From NCBI GenBank assembly GCA_049840735.1, contig JASGJN010000020.1, positions 860,720-924,719 on the forward strand: a stretch of DNA of 64,000 nt. Reading direction: 5' to 3'. Under the pieces are notes generated by a model, which did no database searches, had not been told where the DNA came from, and worked only from the letters and a program-made list of their open reading frames with translations. A program made the translations under genes and the position numbers. This stretch comes from Anaeromyxobacter sp. GTDB lineage: Bacteria > Myxococcota > Myxococcia > Myxococcales > Anaeromyxobacteraceae. Positions 1 through 11,480 of the stretch are shown piece after piece (the first letter of the stretch is position 1; every line of letters begins with the position of its first letter).

Positions 1-26
1 ACGATGACGACCTCGCGTCCGGCCAT
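1..26 (-). CDS. 5' end of a gene running off the window; probably thiolase (acetyl-CoA acetyltransferase)
   Basis: ATG at 26 preceded by GGAGG; translates MAGREVVI(V), resembling thiolase N-termini; only 8 full codons visible. Confidence 0.35.
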
Positions 27-191
27 GACGTCCTCCGATGTGATCTCGCTGGGTGGGAAGCCGGCCCGGCTCTCCCGGGCGCGCCTGGAACATTAGGGAG
101 CAGCGCGCGCGGCCGTCAACCGGACGTGCAGGGCGCTGCCCGGCGATCCTTGCCCCCGGTCCGCCCGCCCGGCACGCCACCCATTCCAGGG

Positions 192-2676
192 TCAGGCGGC
201 CGCCACCTCGCGCACCAGCCGGCGAAGGTCGTCGGCGCCGAACGGCTTCTCCAGCCGGGCGTTCGGGACGCGCTCCAGGAACTCGCCCGCCCGGGCGGTG
301 AACGCGCCGCCGGTCAGGAACACCATGCGCCGCGCCACCTCCGGCGCCCGGACCTCCAGCAGGCCGTGCAGCTCCATGCCGGTCATCTCGGGCATCATCA
401 GGTCGCAGAGCACCACGTCGAACCGGGCCCCGGTTCCCAGCCGCTGCAGCGCCTCAGCCCCGCTGGACGCCAGCTCCACCTCGAAGGCCCCGGCCAGCAT
501 CCTTTGCATCGCCCGGGCCACCGCGCGATCGTCGTCCACCACCAGCACCCGGAGCTTCCCCTCGGCCGTGCCGGGGCCCGGTGTGGGCGGTTCCGCCTCT
601 GCCTGTGCCGGCGGCGGCGGCTCCGGCTGTACCGGCACAGCTGCCGGCGCCGGCGTGAACGCAGGCGCCACCACCGCCTCCGCCCCGGCGGCCGGCAGCG
701 CGACGCGGAAGGTGCTCCCCTTCCCCGGCGCGCTCTCCAGCTCGATGGAGCCGCCCAGGCCGGTCACGATGCCGAGGCAGATGGAGAGCCCCAGCCCGGT
801 GCCGGCGCCGACCGGCCTGGTGGTGAAGAACGGCTGGAAGGCGCGCGCCTGCACCTCGGCGGTCATGCCCTCGCCGGTGTCCACCACCTCCAGGACCACC
901 GACCGCCCGGCGCGGCGAGCCGAGACCCGCACCTCGTTGGCGTGGGCGTGGCCCTCCGGGATGGCCTGGGCAGCGTTGACGAGCAGGTTGACCAGCACCT
1001 GCACCAGCCGCCCCTCGCTCCCCAGCACCGGCGGCAGCCCGGGCTCGAGCTGCACCACCAGGCGCGCCCGCTGCCTGAGCTCCGACTCGGCCAGCGCCAC
1101 CGCCGAGCGGAGCACGCCGGCCAGGTCCACCGGCTCCGGCGGCGTGTTCTCCGGCTCGCGCGAGAACACCCGCAGCCCGCGCACCACCTCGCGCACCCGC
1201 GCCGCCCCCTCGCCCGCGTCGCGCAGCGCCGCGGTCACCTCGGCCGCCGCGGCCGGGTCGGCGCCCGCCAGCGCCTCGATCCGCTCCGTGGCCACCTGCA
1301 CGTTGGCGATGACGTAGGCCAGCGGGTTGTTGACCTCGTGGGCCACGCCCGCGGCCAGCGTGCCCACGCCGGCCAGGCGGTAGGCCTCCTCGGCCCGGCG
1401 GCGATCGGTCAGGTCGCGCACGGCGCAGATGGCCACCGCCCCCCCGGCGCGGTCCATGAGCGTGGCGGCCACCTCCACCGGGAGCGCGCCGCCCCCGGGG
1501 ACCTGCAGGTGCGTCTCGAAGACGGCGCTCCGCTCCCGCTGCAGCGCCTCCCAGCGCGCGCGCCACTCCGGCTCGCCGGCCCCCACCACGAACCGCCAGA
1601 TGGGCGGCGTGCCCGGCCCGCCCAGCTCCGGCCCGACCAGCCGCCGGGCGGCGGCGTTGGCGTAGACGATGCGCCCGGCGGCGTCGAGGATGCCCACCGG
1701 GTCGAAGCTGCGATTCGAGCGCCTCGGTGGTGAAGCGGAGCCGCTCGGCGGCGGCGGCCAGCGCCACCGCGGCCCGGCGCCGCTCGGCGACGGTGGCGGC
1801 CACCAGGTACTGCGTGGAGATGAGCATCCCCAGGAACAGCTGCAGCGCCGGGCCGACGTCGAAGCCGTCGCCGAGCGGCCCGCGGAAGAGCCGGGTGCCG
1901 GCGAAGGAGATGGCCGAGACGCCCAGCGCGGCCGCGGTGGTCCCGCGCGTGCCGAAGCGGAGCGCGCCCCAGAGCATGACCGGGATGACCAGGTACTCCT
2001 GCGCCAGCCAGTGGTCGCGCGGCGCGAAGAAGACCAGCGCCGCCGACCCGGTGGTGGCGGCGGTGGCCGCGACCGCCTCCAGCGCCCGCCCGGGCCGGCG
2101 GAGCAGCGGCGGGACGGGACGGCCCCACCAGGCCAGCACCGTCCCGGCCACCAGCAGCGTGCCCAGCGCCGAGCCGGCCGACCAGCGCGCCCAGTCGAGG
2201 CCGAACCCCTGGCTGGTCAGCAGCGCCACCGCGACGGCCCCGATCATCCCGGACAGCGTGGTGCAGGCGAAGGCGGCCACGACGATCAGCACCGCGACGT
2301 CGCGCAGCCGCGACATGGAGGGGCGCTCGCCGCCGGCAGCCCGCTGCAGGGCCCAGGCGCCCAGCAGCGACTCGGCGGAGTTGCCGGCGAAGAAGAGCAG
2401 CGAAGCCCAGACCGGCTGCCCGTGCAGCAGGTTGGAGGCGAGGTTGGCGGGCAGCGCGGCCGCCACCACCCAGGGCCAGGCGCGCCGCGGCCAGAGCAGC
2501 AGCGGCACCAGGTACACGCCGCTGGCCGGCCAGAAGGTGGAGTAGTAGGTGGTGCCGATGGTGAGCTGGCGCCCCAGCTCCGCCGAGAGCAGGTAGGCCA
2601 CCGAGAACAGCACCAGCGCCAGCGGCGAGGGGCGCCTGCCGGCGCTCGTCGCGGGCCGGGTCATGCCGGAGTCCAT
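192..2676 (-). CDS. Hybrid sensor histidine kinase (MASE1-PAS-HisKA-HATPase-REC), one apparent frameshift at ~1714
   Basis: MASE1-like TM region (FWPASG, WGALRFG) continues after a +1 base into PAS (GILDAAGRIVYAN), H-box AHEVNNPL, G-box GTGLGLS and C-terminal receiver (VLVVDDD...DLMMP). Confidence 0.85.
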
Positions 2677-2834
2677 GTGGCCCTCCCGGGCCACTATAGG
2701 CGCAGGAGGCCTCGCCCCCCGGCGATCCGGCGCGCCTGCGCCCCTCAAGGGCGCCGCCTGGTGCGCCCGCGACCCGCTGGCGTTTGCGCCGGGTCCGGGC
2801 AGCCGGGGAAGGCCGGAGCGGAGCCGCGCCGTGA

Positions 2835-3563
2835 CTATCGGTGCGTGATCTCGCCGCTCCCTGCAACGGAGGCGCTGCGCACCTGGCCGGGCCCGTCCCA
2901 CTGGACCTCGCCCGAGCCGGAGACCGCGGCGTCCAGCCAGCCGCCGCCCAGCCGGAGCTCGACGTCGCCCGAGCCGGCCACCGAGACCTTGGCGTCGTGG
3001 GCGGTGAGCTGGTCCGCGTCCACGCCACCGGAGCCGGAGATGGCGATCTGGAGCAGGTCGGCCGACCCGGAGAGCTCCACGTCGCCGGAGCCGTTCACGT
3101 CCACCCCCAGCGCGGCGGCCTGGCCCGACCAGCGCACGTCGCCCGAGCCGGAGATGGAGACGTTGAAGTCCCCGCCCTTCGTCCCCTCGAGCTGGGCGTC
3201 GCCGGAGCCGGAGAGGGCCACGCCGCGCAGCTCGGGCACGGTCACGCGGACCTTGCCCTCGCCCTGGTAGTTCATGTCGTGGAGGGTGGAGACGACCAGC
3301 GTGTCGCGCTCGACGCGGGTCTCGATCCCGGGCTGCAGGTTGCCGTCGATGACGACCGCCACCGACTGCGCCGGCCCCACCTTCACCTCGACGTCCAGCG
3401 AGCCCTCCATCCTGAGGGCGCGGAAGGGCGGCAGCTCGCGCTGCTGGGTGACCTTCTTCCCGTCGCCGGTGACGGCGCCGGGCGACCAGTGGAAGCCGCC
3501 GGCGTGGGCGGGCGTGGCGCAGGCGAAGCTGGCGAGGGCGAGCAGGACGGCGGCGTGGCGCAT
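2835..3563 (-). CDS. Secreted DUF2807/GIN-domain (adhesin head-like) protein
   Basis: Signal peptide plus repeated SGSGDV/GSGxV beta-helix motifs. Confidence 0.8.
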   Translation of the reverse strand: MRHAAVLLALASFACATPAHAGGFHWSPGAVTGDGKKVTQQRELPPFRALRMEGSLDVEVKVGPAQSVAVVIDGNLQPGIETRVERDTLVVSTLHDMNYQGEGKVRVTVPELRGVALSGSGDAQLEGTKGGDFNVSISGSGDVRWSGQAAALGVDVNGSGDVELSGSADLLQIAISGSGGVDADQLTAHDAKVSVAGSGDVELRLGGGWLDAAVSGSGEVQWDGPGQVRSASVAGSGEITHR

Positions 3564-3679
3564 GGTGGTCTCCCCGCCAGGGAGTCGGCGAGGGGGCGCG
3601 CACGGACCACCCGCACGCGCCCCCGGCCGGGTCCTCTCTCCCCAGAGCGGACGCTCCTCCCTACGCGGAGCGTCCGGCC

Positions 3680-4453
3680 CTATTTCGCGGCCGGCGGCAG
3701 GCTGGCCTGCGCCAGCTCGATGAACGGCTTCACCAGGTCGATGGGGAGCGGGAAGACGATGGTGGAGTTCTTCTCGGCCGAGATCTCCACCAGGGTCTGG
3801 AGGTAGCGCAGCTGCAGCGCACCCGGGGAGCGGGCGATCACGTCGGCGGCCTGCCCCAGCTTCTCGGCCGCCTGGAACTCGCCCTCGGCGGCGATCACCT
3901 TGGCCCGCCGCTCGCGCTCGGCCTCGGCCTGGCGCGCCATGGCCCGGCGCATCTCCTCCGGCAGGTCCACCTGCTTCACCTCCACCGCGGTCACCTTCAC
4001 GCCCCAGGGCTCGGTGTGCCGGTCGATGATCTCCTGCAGCTGCCGGTTGATCTTCTCGCGCTGCGAGAGGAGGTCGTCGAGCTCGCCCTGCCCCAGCACC
4101 GAGCGGAGCGTGGTCTGGGCGAACTGGTTGGTGGCGAAGAGGAAGTCGGTCACCTGCAGGAAGGCGCGGTCCGCCTGCATGACGCGGAAGTAGATCACCG
4201 CGTTGACCTTCACCGACACGTTGTCACGCGTGATCACGTCCTGCGGCGGCACCTGCTCCGCGGTCACGCGCATGTCGATGATGATCATCCGCTCGACGAA
4301 GGGGATGATCCAGCGGAGCCCGGCGGTGCGCAGCCCGGCGTAGCGGCCCAGCCGCAGCACCACGGCCTGCTCGTACTCGTTGACGATGCGCAGGCCGGAG
4401 ATGAACCACAGGATGATCAGCGCGACGGGGATGAAGAGGCCGATGGCGGGCAC
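3680..4453 (-). CDS. SPFH/band-7 (slipin/stomatin-like) membrane protein
   Basis: N-terminal [35 protein letters not shown] and LQLRYLQTL motifs; GTG start after GGAGG. Confidence 0.92.
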   Translation of the reverse strand: MPAIGLFIPVALIILWFISGLRIVNEYEQAVVLRLGRYAGLRTAGLRWIIPFVERMIIIDMRVTAEQVPPQDVITRDNVSVKVNAVIYFRVMQADRAFLQVTDFLFATNQFAQTTLRSVLGQGELDDLLSQREKINRQLQEIIDRHTEPWGVKVTAVEVKQVDLPEEMRRAMARQAEAERERRAKVIAAEGEFQAAEKLGQAADVIARSPGALQLRYLQTLVEISAEKNSTIVFPLPIDLVKPFIELAQASLPPAAK

Positions 4454-4522
4454 GTTCCCTCCGTGACGGCGGCGGCAGGGCCCGGCCACCGGGCTGGAGC
4501 GCCGCGCCGCCCCGGGCCCGTG

Positions 4523-5897
4523 TTATCCCACCGTGCGCTCGGCCTCAACCGTCACGACGAGGCCCTCCACCGCCACCACCCGCACCCGGGCGCCGCGCGG
4601 GATGGGCCCGAGGCTGCGCGCCTGCCAGTACTCGCCGTGCAGGAACACCTCGCCGCCCTCCGGCGAGAGGTCGGAGAGCGCCTCGGCGCCGGCCCCCACC
4701 AGCCCGGGCGCGCCCACCACCGGCCGCGCCCGGCGGGTGGCGGCCACCTTCCAGCCGGTGAAGAGCAGCAGCGCCGCCGTGGCCAGCGGCGTGGGCCAGA
4801 CCACCCAGGGCGAGAGCCGCAGGCCGGCCGGATCGAGCCACTGATCCGGGGCGGCGGTGTCCACGAAGAAGAGCAGCCCCAGCACCAGGCAGGCGGCGCC
4901 GCCCAGCCCGGCCAGGCCGTGGGTGGTGAGGAAGGCCTCCGCCACCAGCAGCCCCACCCCGACCAGCACCAGCAGCACCGCCCCCACGTTGACCGGGACC
5001 ACCCGGGTGCCCAGGAACGCCAGGAAGAGCAGCAGCGCGCCGGTGGCGCCCGGGAAGACGGCGCCCGGGTGGTAGAACTCGATGCCGATCCCCAGCGTGC
5101 CGAGGAGCATCAGCAGGGCCACCACGGTGGGGTCGGCCAGGAAGCCGAACAGCCGCTGCCGCAGCGTGGGGACCAGCGGCTCGACCACCGCGCCACGCAG
5201 CCGCAGCGTCCGCGCCTCGCCGCCGCCCGGGGTCACCTTCCGCCCATCCGCCGCCGCGAGCGCCGCCTGCACGTCACCGGCGGTGAAGTCCACCACCCGC
5301 TCCTTCACCGCCTCGGCGGCGGTGGCGGAGACGCTCTCGCGGACCGCCTTCTCGGCCCAGTCGGCGTTGCGCCCGCGGGCGGCCGCCACCGAGCGGGCGA
5401 AGGCGGCGGTGTCGTTCTCGACCTTGCGGGCCATGTCCTTGCCCGCCTCGGCCTCCACGTCGCCGCCCGAGCCGGTCACCGGGTGGGCCGCGCCGATGTT
5501 GGAGGTGGGGTGCATGGCCGCGACGTCGGCGGCCAGGGTGAGGAAGGTGCCGGCCGAGGCGGCCTGCGCGCCGGCCGGGCCGACCCAGACGATCACCGGC
5601 ACCGGGCTGGCCAGCAGGCCCCGCACGATGTCGCGGGTGGAGCGGGAGATCGCCGCCGGGCGTGTCGAGGCGGAGCAGCAGCGCCTCGTGGCCGCCCTCC
5701 CGCGCCCGCGCCAGCGCGGCCGCCACGTACTCGGCGGTGGCGCCGGTGATGACGCCCTCCACGTCCGCCTCCAGCACCCGCGGCGTGGCCCCGGGCTGCG
5801 CACCCGGCTCCCCCGGCCCCGCCAGCGCCAGCGTGGCCAGCGCCAGCGCCAGGAAGGCGGCGGCGCGGCGGAGGGGGCGGAGCGCGCGGCGGGACAT
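4523..5897 (-). CDS. nfeD: NfeD-family membrane-bound serine protease (ClpP-like), apparent frameshift at ~5646
   Basis: LDTPGG and AASAGTF motifs, TM region and C-terminal OB-fold (GEYWQA); upstream of the SPFH gene as is typical. Confidence 0.88.
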
Positions 5898-5899
5898 GG

Positions 5900-6754
5900 T
5901 CACCTCCCGGGGAGCGGCTTGCCCAGCTCCCGCATCACCAGCTGCAAATCCTCCCAGGCCTTCTTCTTCTCGTCCGGGCTGCGGAGCAGGTAGGCCGGGT
6001 GGAAGGTGGGCATCAGCTTCACGCCCTCGTAGCTGGCCCAGCGCCCGCGCAGGCGCGAGATGGGCGTGGGGTCGCGCAGGAGGGTCTGGGCGGCGAACTT
6101 GCCCAGCGCCACGATCACCTTGGGGCGGATGGCCGAGAGCTGCGCCCGCAGGAACGGCTCGCAGGCGGCGATCTCGTCCGGCTCGGGGTTGCGGTTCCCG
6201 GGCGGCCGGCACTTGACCACGTTCGCGATGTAGACGTCGGCGCGGCGGTAGCCCATGGCCTCGATCATCTTGGTGAGGAGCTGGCCGGCCCGCCCCACGA
6301 ACGGCTCGCCCTGCTGGTCCTCGTCCTCGCCCGGCCCCTCGCCCACGAAGACCAGCTCCGCCCGCGGATCCCCCACGCCGAAGACCAGGTGCTTGCGGCC
6401 GCCCGACAGCTTGCAGCGGGTGCAGTCGCCCAGCTCGCCCCGGATGGCCAGGAGGTGCTCGCTCCCGCAGCCCTTGTCGGCGGTGGTCCAGCGCGAGGCG
6501 GCCGCCGCCGGCGCGGCGGGGTGAGCCGCCGTGGCCGCCCCGGCGGGAGGCCCCTCTAGGACGGAAGACGGCGGGGCGACCGACGCCTCGCCTTCCCGGG
6601 AAGGCGCAGCCCCAACCGGCTGTTCGGTGAACGGAAGCGAGCCCGGAGGCGGCACCTCCTCGACGCCCGCGCTGGAGAGCCAGGCCAGGTGCCGGACCGC
6701 CTCGGCCGCGATGGCGGCCACGGCGGAGTTGCGCGTCTGTGCGTCGTCGCTCAC
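5900..6754 (-). CDS. Uracil-DNA glycosylase family 4 (Fe-S)
   Basis: [29 protein letters not shown] and TFHPAYLLR motifs. Confidence 0.93.
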   Translation of the reverse strand: MSDDAQTRNSAVAAIAAEAVRHLAWLSSAGVEEVPPPGSLPFTEQPVGAAPSREGEASVAPPSSVLEGPPAGAATAAHPAAPAAAASRWTTADKGCGSEHLLAIRGELGDCTRCKLSGGRKHLVFGVGDPRAELVFVGEGPGEDEDQQGEPFVGRAGQLLTKMIEAMGYRRADVYIANVVKCRPPGNRNPEPDEIAACEPFLRAQLSAIRPKVIVALGKFAAQTLLRDPTPISRLRGRWASYEGVKLMPTFHPAYLLRSPDEKKKAWEDLQLVMRELGKPLPGR

Positions 6755-6818
6755 ATCACCCTCTCATCCGTAGGTGCCGTTGCGACCGGCGCCCTGCGGA
6801 ACCTAGAATCCATACCCG

Positions 6819-7763
6819 ATGGATCTGAAGCGCCTGCTCGCCCTGCTGGGCCTCGGCACCCTGGCCGCCGCCATCCTGCTCTGGCCGTCCGACGCCCACG
6901 CCTGGGGGCCGCTCGCCCACCTCAGCTTCTCCGCCCAGGCGCTGGCCAACCTCGGCGTGGTGCAGCCCGCCTTCCGCGGCGTGCTCCAGGAGTTCGGCAA
7001 CGAGTTCCTGTACGGCTCGCTCGCCGCCGACATCGTGGTCGGCAAGAACATGGCCAAGTACCTGTACCACTGTCACAACTGGCGCGTGGGCTTCAACGTG
7101 TTCAAGCAGGCCAAGCCCGGCGCCGAGCAGGCCTTCGCGCTCGGCTTCATGGCCCACCTGGCGGCCGACACCGTCGCGCACAACTACTACGTGCCCTACA
7201 AGACGGTGCACTCGTTCCACAAGACCAGCACCCGCCACGCCTACTGGGAGCTGCGCTACGACCAGCGCATGGACCGCGACCTGTCCAGGCTGGCCAAGCA
7301 GGTCTCCACCCGCGCCATCCGCGGGCACGACGCGTTCCTGGCGCGCACGCTCGACAACGCCTCGGTGCTCCCCTTCGGCGTGTCCAAGCAGCTCTTCCGC
7401 TCGCTGCTGGCCAGCGCGCGCATGAGCCGCTTCCACCACGTCTCGCGCCTGGCCCTGGCCCGCGAGCGCAACCTGGTGCTGGAGCCGGACCTCGTCGTCG
7501 AGACCAACGGCCTCGCCCTGGAGGCCATCACCGGCCTCCTGGCCGAGGGCGAGCGCTGCGAGGCCGCGCGCGCCGACGCCACCGGCGCCCGCAACATCAA
7601 GCTCGCCTCCGACCTGCGCAAGCAGCTCAAGCTGCGCACCGCCAGCAAGCACATCCTCTTCCGCGACGCCGCCGACATCGCCGCCGAGACGCGCCAGAGC
7701 TTCCTCAAGGCCATCCACGGCAAGCTCGTCCTGCCGCCGTCGATCGGGAAGCTGGCGGCGTAG
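6819..7763 (+). CDS. Zinc-dependent phospholipase C family protein
   Basis: Signal peptide followed by AWGPLAH; GFMAHLAADTVAH and HAYWE zinc-ligand motifs. Confidence 0.75.
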   Translation: MDLKRLLALLGLGTLAAAILLWPSDAHAWGPLAHLSFSAQALANLGVVQPAFRGVLQEFGNEFLYGSLAADIVVGKNMAKYLYHCHNWRVGFNVFKQAKPGAEQAFALGFMAHLAADTVAHNYYVPYKTVHSFHKTSTRHAYWELRYDQRMDRDLSRLAKQVSTRAIRGHDAFLARTLDNASVLPFGVSKQLFRSLLASARMSRFHHVSRLALARERNLVLEPDLVVETNGLALEAITGLLAEGERCEAARADATGARNIKLASDLRKQLKLRTASKHILFRDAADIAAETRQSFLKAIHGKLVLPPSIGKLAA

Positions 7764-7774
7764 GGCGGGCCCTG

Positions 7775-7823
7775 CCCTTCGACTCCGCCGCGGCTTTGCC
7801 GCGGCTACGCTCTGGGCGGACGG
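7775..7823 (+). repeat. REP-like palindrome, family A (CCTTCGAC-hairpin-CTACGCTC...CGG)
   Basis: CCCTTCGACTCC-GCCGCGGC-TTT-GCCGCGGC-TACGCTCTGGGCGGACGG, between convergent genes. Confidence 0.75.
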
Positions 7824-7843
7824 GGACGGAGAGAGCTCGGCGT

Positions 7844-9061
7844 CTACCCTCGCGGCCGCCTCGCGTCCAGCACCGGCAGGATCCACTCGAGGATGGCCGC
7901 GGCCACCTCGTGCTTGCTGCCCTCGATCTCGGCCAGCTCCGCGGCCGAGACCAGCGCCACACGGTTCGTGTCCGCGCCGAAGCCGGCCCCGGGCGCGCCC
8001 ACCTTGTTGGCCACCACCAGGTCGCAGCGCTTGCGCTTGAGCTTCTCGCGGGCGTTGCCGATCACGTCCTCGGTCTCGGCCGCGAAGCCCACCAGCACCG
8101 GGCCGCCGGGCTTGCCGCCCAGCCGCTCCCCCAGCGCGCCCAGGATGTCCGGCGTGCGGGTCAGCACCAGCGCCTCGTCCGCCGCGCCCTTCTTGATCTT
8201 GTGGCCCGCGGCCTGCGCCGGGCGGTAGTCGGAGACGGCCGCGGCGCCGATGAAGAGATCCATGCCCGGGGCCGCCGCGCCCACCGCGGCCGCCATCTCC
8301 TCGGCGGTCGAGACCCGCACCACCTGCACGCCGTCGGGGTCGGCCAGCTGCGTGGGGCCGGAGACCAGCACCACCTCCGCCCCGCGCTGCGCCGCGGCCT
8401 GGGCCAGCGCGTAGCCCATCTTGCCGGTGGAGGGGTTGGAGATGAACCGGACCGGATCGATGGGCTCGCGGGTGGGGCCCGCGGTCACCACCACCTTGCG
8501 TCCGGCCAGGTCCTGCGCCCCCAGCAGCGCCGCCGCCGCCCGCCCGATCTCCAGCGGATCGGCCAGGCGCCCCTCGCCCACGTCGCCGTCGGCCAGCTCG
8601 CCGGCCCCGGGGCCGACCACGTGCATCCCGCGCCGGCGCAGCGCCTCGAGGTTCTCCTGCGTGACCGGGTTCTGCCACATGCGCGTGTTCATGGCCGGCG
8701 CCAGCAGCACCGGGCAGGTGGCGGCCAGCACGGTGGTGGTCACCGCGTCGTCGGCCATGCCGGCGCGGATGCGGGCCAGGAGGTCGGCGGTGGCGGGCGC
8801 CACGATGACCAGGTTGGCCATCCGCGCCATGGCCAGGTGGCCGTAGGTGGTCTCGGCGGCCGGGTCCAGCAGGTCGGTGAGGACCGGCGCGCCGGAGAGC
8901 GCCTGGAAGGTGAGCGGGCCCACGAACCGCGTCGCGGCCGGTGTCATGGCCACCCGGACGGTGCCCCTCCCCTTCACCACCAGGCGCGCGATCTCGCAGG
9001 CCTTGTAGGCCGCGATGCCGCCGCCGACGCAGAGCACCACCGTGCGGTTCTGGAAGCTCAT
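7844..9061 (-). CDS. coaBC: Phosphopantothenoylcysteine decarboxylase/ligase
   Basis: GGIAAYK, APAMNTRMW, TAGPTREPIDPVRFISNPSTGKMG and GFAAET motifs. Confidence 0.97.
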   Translation of the reverse strand: MSFQNRTVVLCVGGGIAAYKACEIARLVVKGRGTVRVAMTPAATRFVGPLTFQALSGAPVLTDLLDPAAETTYGHLAMARMANLVIVAPATADLLARIRAGMADDAVTTTVLAATCPVLLAPAMNTRMWQNPVTQENLEALRRRGMHVVGPGAGELADGDVGEGRLADPLEIGRAAAALLGAQDLAGRKVVVTAGPTREPIDPVRFISNPSTGKMGYALAQAAAQRGAEVVLVSGPTQLADPDGVQVVRVSTAEEMAAAVGAAAPGMDLFIGAAAVSDYRPAQAAGHKIKKGAADEALVLTRTPDILGALGERLGGKPGGPVLVGFAAETEDVIGNAREKLKRKRCDLVVANKVGAPGAGFGADTNRVALVSAAELAEIEGSKHEVAAAILEWILPVLDARRPRG

Positions 9062-9087
9062 GGGCGCGCATCTTAGCCGCTCCCGTT

Positions 9088-10098
9088 ATGATGCGGCGCT
9101 TGAATCCCACCCTGCCCCCCGCGCCGCCCCCCGAGCCGGGCGATCCTGCCGCACCCGCCCCCACTCCGGTGGCCGACCCGGGCCCGCCCCTCTTCCGCAA
9201 GAGCGGGCTGCTCTTCTTCGGCGCGCTGGCCCTGCTCTTCCTGCCGGGCCAGGTGGCGCAGGGGCTGAGCCTTGCGGTGGGGCTGCCCTGGACGGAGCTG
9301 TTCGGGTTGCTGCTGCCGGTCTACGTGGCCACCGCCGGGTCCAACCTGCGCGTGCGGCGCTACCTGGGGCTGCGCTGGCCCGGGCTGGCGCCGGCGCTGC
9401 TGGCCCTCCCGCTGGGCCTGGCCGGCTACGCGGCCGCGCAGGGGGTGGCCCTGGTCTGGCTGCGCGTCTTCCCGCCCGAGGTGCTCGACCGCTTCAACGC
9501 CGCGCGCCTCTTCCACGCCGGTCCGGTCGAGCAGGTGGTGGTGACGGCCAGCGCGGTGCTGCTGGCGCCGCTCTGCGAGGAGCTGGCCTTCCGCGGCTAC
9601 CTGCAGCGGACCTTCACGCTCCGGCGAGGCCCGGCGCTGGCGGTGGCCGCCTCGGCGGTGCTCTTCGCGCTGCTCCACCTCAACCCGGTGCTCTTCCCGT
9701 CGCTGGTGGTGCTTGGGCTGGTCTGGGGCTGGGTGAACTGGCGCACCGGCTCGGTCTGGCCGTCCATCATCGCCCACGCGGTCAACAACGGGCTGGTCTC
9801 CGGGCTGGCGCTGGCGCTGCCGGAGCAGGTGGGCGCCCCGGCCGCCGAGCCGCCACCGCTCGCCGCCGCGCTGGTCTGGGTGGTCGCCGGCACCACGCTG
9901 CTCCTGGCCTTCGCGGCGCTGCTCGACCGCTGCGCGCGCCGGCCGCCGCCGGCCGAGGACGCGCTGGAGCTGCGCGACCCGTCCGACCCGGACCTCGCGT
10001 TCCGCAGCCGCCGCGTGCCGCCGCTGGGCATGCTGGGCATCTCGGTGGCGCTGGCGATCCTCTCCGGCCTGTTCTGGTGGGCCGCGCGCCGCGGCTGA
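9088..10098 (+). CDS. CPBP (CAAX/Abi) intramembrane metalloprotease
   Basis: Multiple TM segments; EELAFRG, FALLH and HAVNN motifs. Confidence 0.88.
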   Translation: MMRRLNPTLPPAPPPEPGDPAAPAPTPVADPGPPLFRKSGLLFFGALALLFLPGQVAQGLSLAVGLPWTELFGLLLPVYVATAGSNLRVRRYLGLRWPGLAPALLALPLGLAGYAAAQGVALVWLRVFPPEVLDRFNAARLFHAGPVEQVVVTASAVLLAPLCEELAFRGYLQRTFTLRRGPALAVAASAVLFALLHLNPVLFPSLVVLGLVWGWVNWRTGSVWPSIIAHAVNNGLVSGLALALPEQVGAPAAEPPPLAAALVWVVAGTTLLLAFAALLDRCARRPPPAEDALELRDPSDPDLAFRSRRVPPLGMLGISVALAILSGLFWWAARRG

Positions 10099-10112
10099 CG
10101 GCGCCGGCGGCC

Positions 10113-10712
10113 TCAGCGTCGCGAGGCCAGGAACGCCACCGCCTTGCGGCCCGCCGCGGGCAGGCCGGCCAGCAAGGCGGGGTCGGCCCCCTCGATCAGC
10201 TCCACCCGCCCGCGCGCCCCCAGCGCCGCCGCCACCGCGTCCGCCGGCGGCCCGCCGCGCTCGGGCAGGAGCGCCAGCGCCGTCGCCGGCGCCTGGTCCG
10301 GAATGACGTCCGGCGCGAGGAGCACCACCCGGTCGATCTCCGGGTGCGCGCGCGAGAGCGCGAAGGCCAGCCGCCACCCGCCGCCCACCGCCGCCAGCGC
10401 GATCCGCCCGCCGGCGGTCTGCGCCAGGTGCTCGTGCGCGGCCTCGGCGTCCTCCAGCGCCCGCTCCGGCGCGGGGGAGCCGGTGGAGGCCCCCACCCCC
10501 CGGAGCTGGAACCGGAGCGACGGGTGGCCGGCGCGGGCGGCGGCCCAGGCCAGCTCGGCCACCGCCGCCTCGTCCATGCCCCCGCCCGGGCCAGGCGGAG
10601 GGATGACCAGCAGCGCGGGGAGCTGTGCCCCGCGGTGGTAGAGCCCCTCCAGCGTGGCATCGCCGGCGGGGATGAGCGCCGGTCGCTCGAGATACTGGCC
10701 AGCCAGGACCAT
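10113..10712 (-). CDS. Alpha/beta hydrolase-fold protein
   Basis: GGGMD and LRFQLRGVGASTG motifs; nucleophile elbow looks degenerate. Confidence 0.65.
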   Translation of the reverse strand: MVLAGQYLERPALIPAGDATLEGLYHRGAQLPALLVIPPPGPGGGMDEAAVAELAWAAARAGHPSLRFQLRGVGASTGSPAPERALEDAEAAHEHLAQTAGGRIALAAVGGGWRLAFALSRAHPEIDRVVLLAPDVIPDQAPATALALLPERGGPPADAVAAALGARGRVELIEGADPALLAGLPAAGRKAVAFLASRR

Positions 10713-10789
10713 CCCGGCGATGTTAGCCGGACCGCCTGGGGTACCGCACGGGCCCGTGGCCGGTTAATGGGTACTGCCAGGAGATCGAC

Positions 10790-11335
10790 TTGAACCGCAC
10801 CCGCCCCGCCCTCGCCTTCGCCCTGCTGGCCGCCCTGGCCGTCGCCCCTGGCCCCGCCGCGGCGCGCGGCCCGTCCACGCCGCAGGAGCGCCAGCGCGCC
10901 CTCAAGCTCACCCGGCAGCTGGAGCGCCAGCCGCTCTCCGACGACGCGAACAGGGACCGGCGCTGGCTGGTGCAGTGGATCGCGGAGATCCCGGACATCA
11001 ACGTGCGCAGCTGCTCCGGCCCGCTGGACGGCCTGCTGGCGGACGACGGGAGCAAGCACGGGAAGGCGCTCTACGCGCAGTCGATCTTCGGCATGGCCGC
11101 GTTCCTGATCGAGCACCCGCGCGACAAGGACGACTGGCTCTCGGTGCAGACCGCCGGCGTGGAGAGCACGCTCAAGGCCTACAAGGCGATGGTGGACGCC
11201 GACCCGTCCACGCGCTGGGAGGAGCTGGACCAGCTGCTCGAGCTGCGCGCCCGCGGCCGGCTCAAGGACGTGCTGGAGCTGGCCATGCGCGATTGCGGCG
11301 ACGCGACGGCGCCGGGGCCGGGGGACGCCATCTGA
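10790..11335 (+). CDS. Secreted hypothetical protein
   Basis: Signal peptide and coding-like sequence; no recognised motif. Confidence 0.75.
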   Translation: MNRTRPALAFALLAALAVAPGPAAARGPSTPQERQRALKLTRQLERQPLSDDANRDRRWLVQWIAEIPDINVRSCSGPLDGLLADDGSKHGKALYAQSIFGMAAFLIEHPRDKDDWLSVQTAGVESTLKAYKAMVDADPSTRWEELDQLLELRARGRLKDVLELAMRDCGDATAPGPGDAI

Positions 11336-11347
11336 GCGGGACCCTGG

Positions 11348-11475
11348 CCTTCGACTTCGGGCCGCTTCGCGGCCCTACGCTCAGGCCGAACGGTTGAAGC
11401 CCGGAGCGCGGGGTCCTGATCCTCGCGGCCGTTCGTCCTGAGCGTAGCGGCGGGTAGCGCCGCGGCGTCGAAGGG
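11348..11475. repeat. Inverted pair of family A REP-like palindromes (BIME-like)
   Basis: CCTTCGAC...CTACGCTCAGGCCGAACGG (11348-11393) faces CCGTTCGTCCTGAGCGTAG...GTCGAAGGG (11429-11475). Confidence 0.85.
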
Positions 11476-11480
11476 CGCCC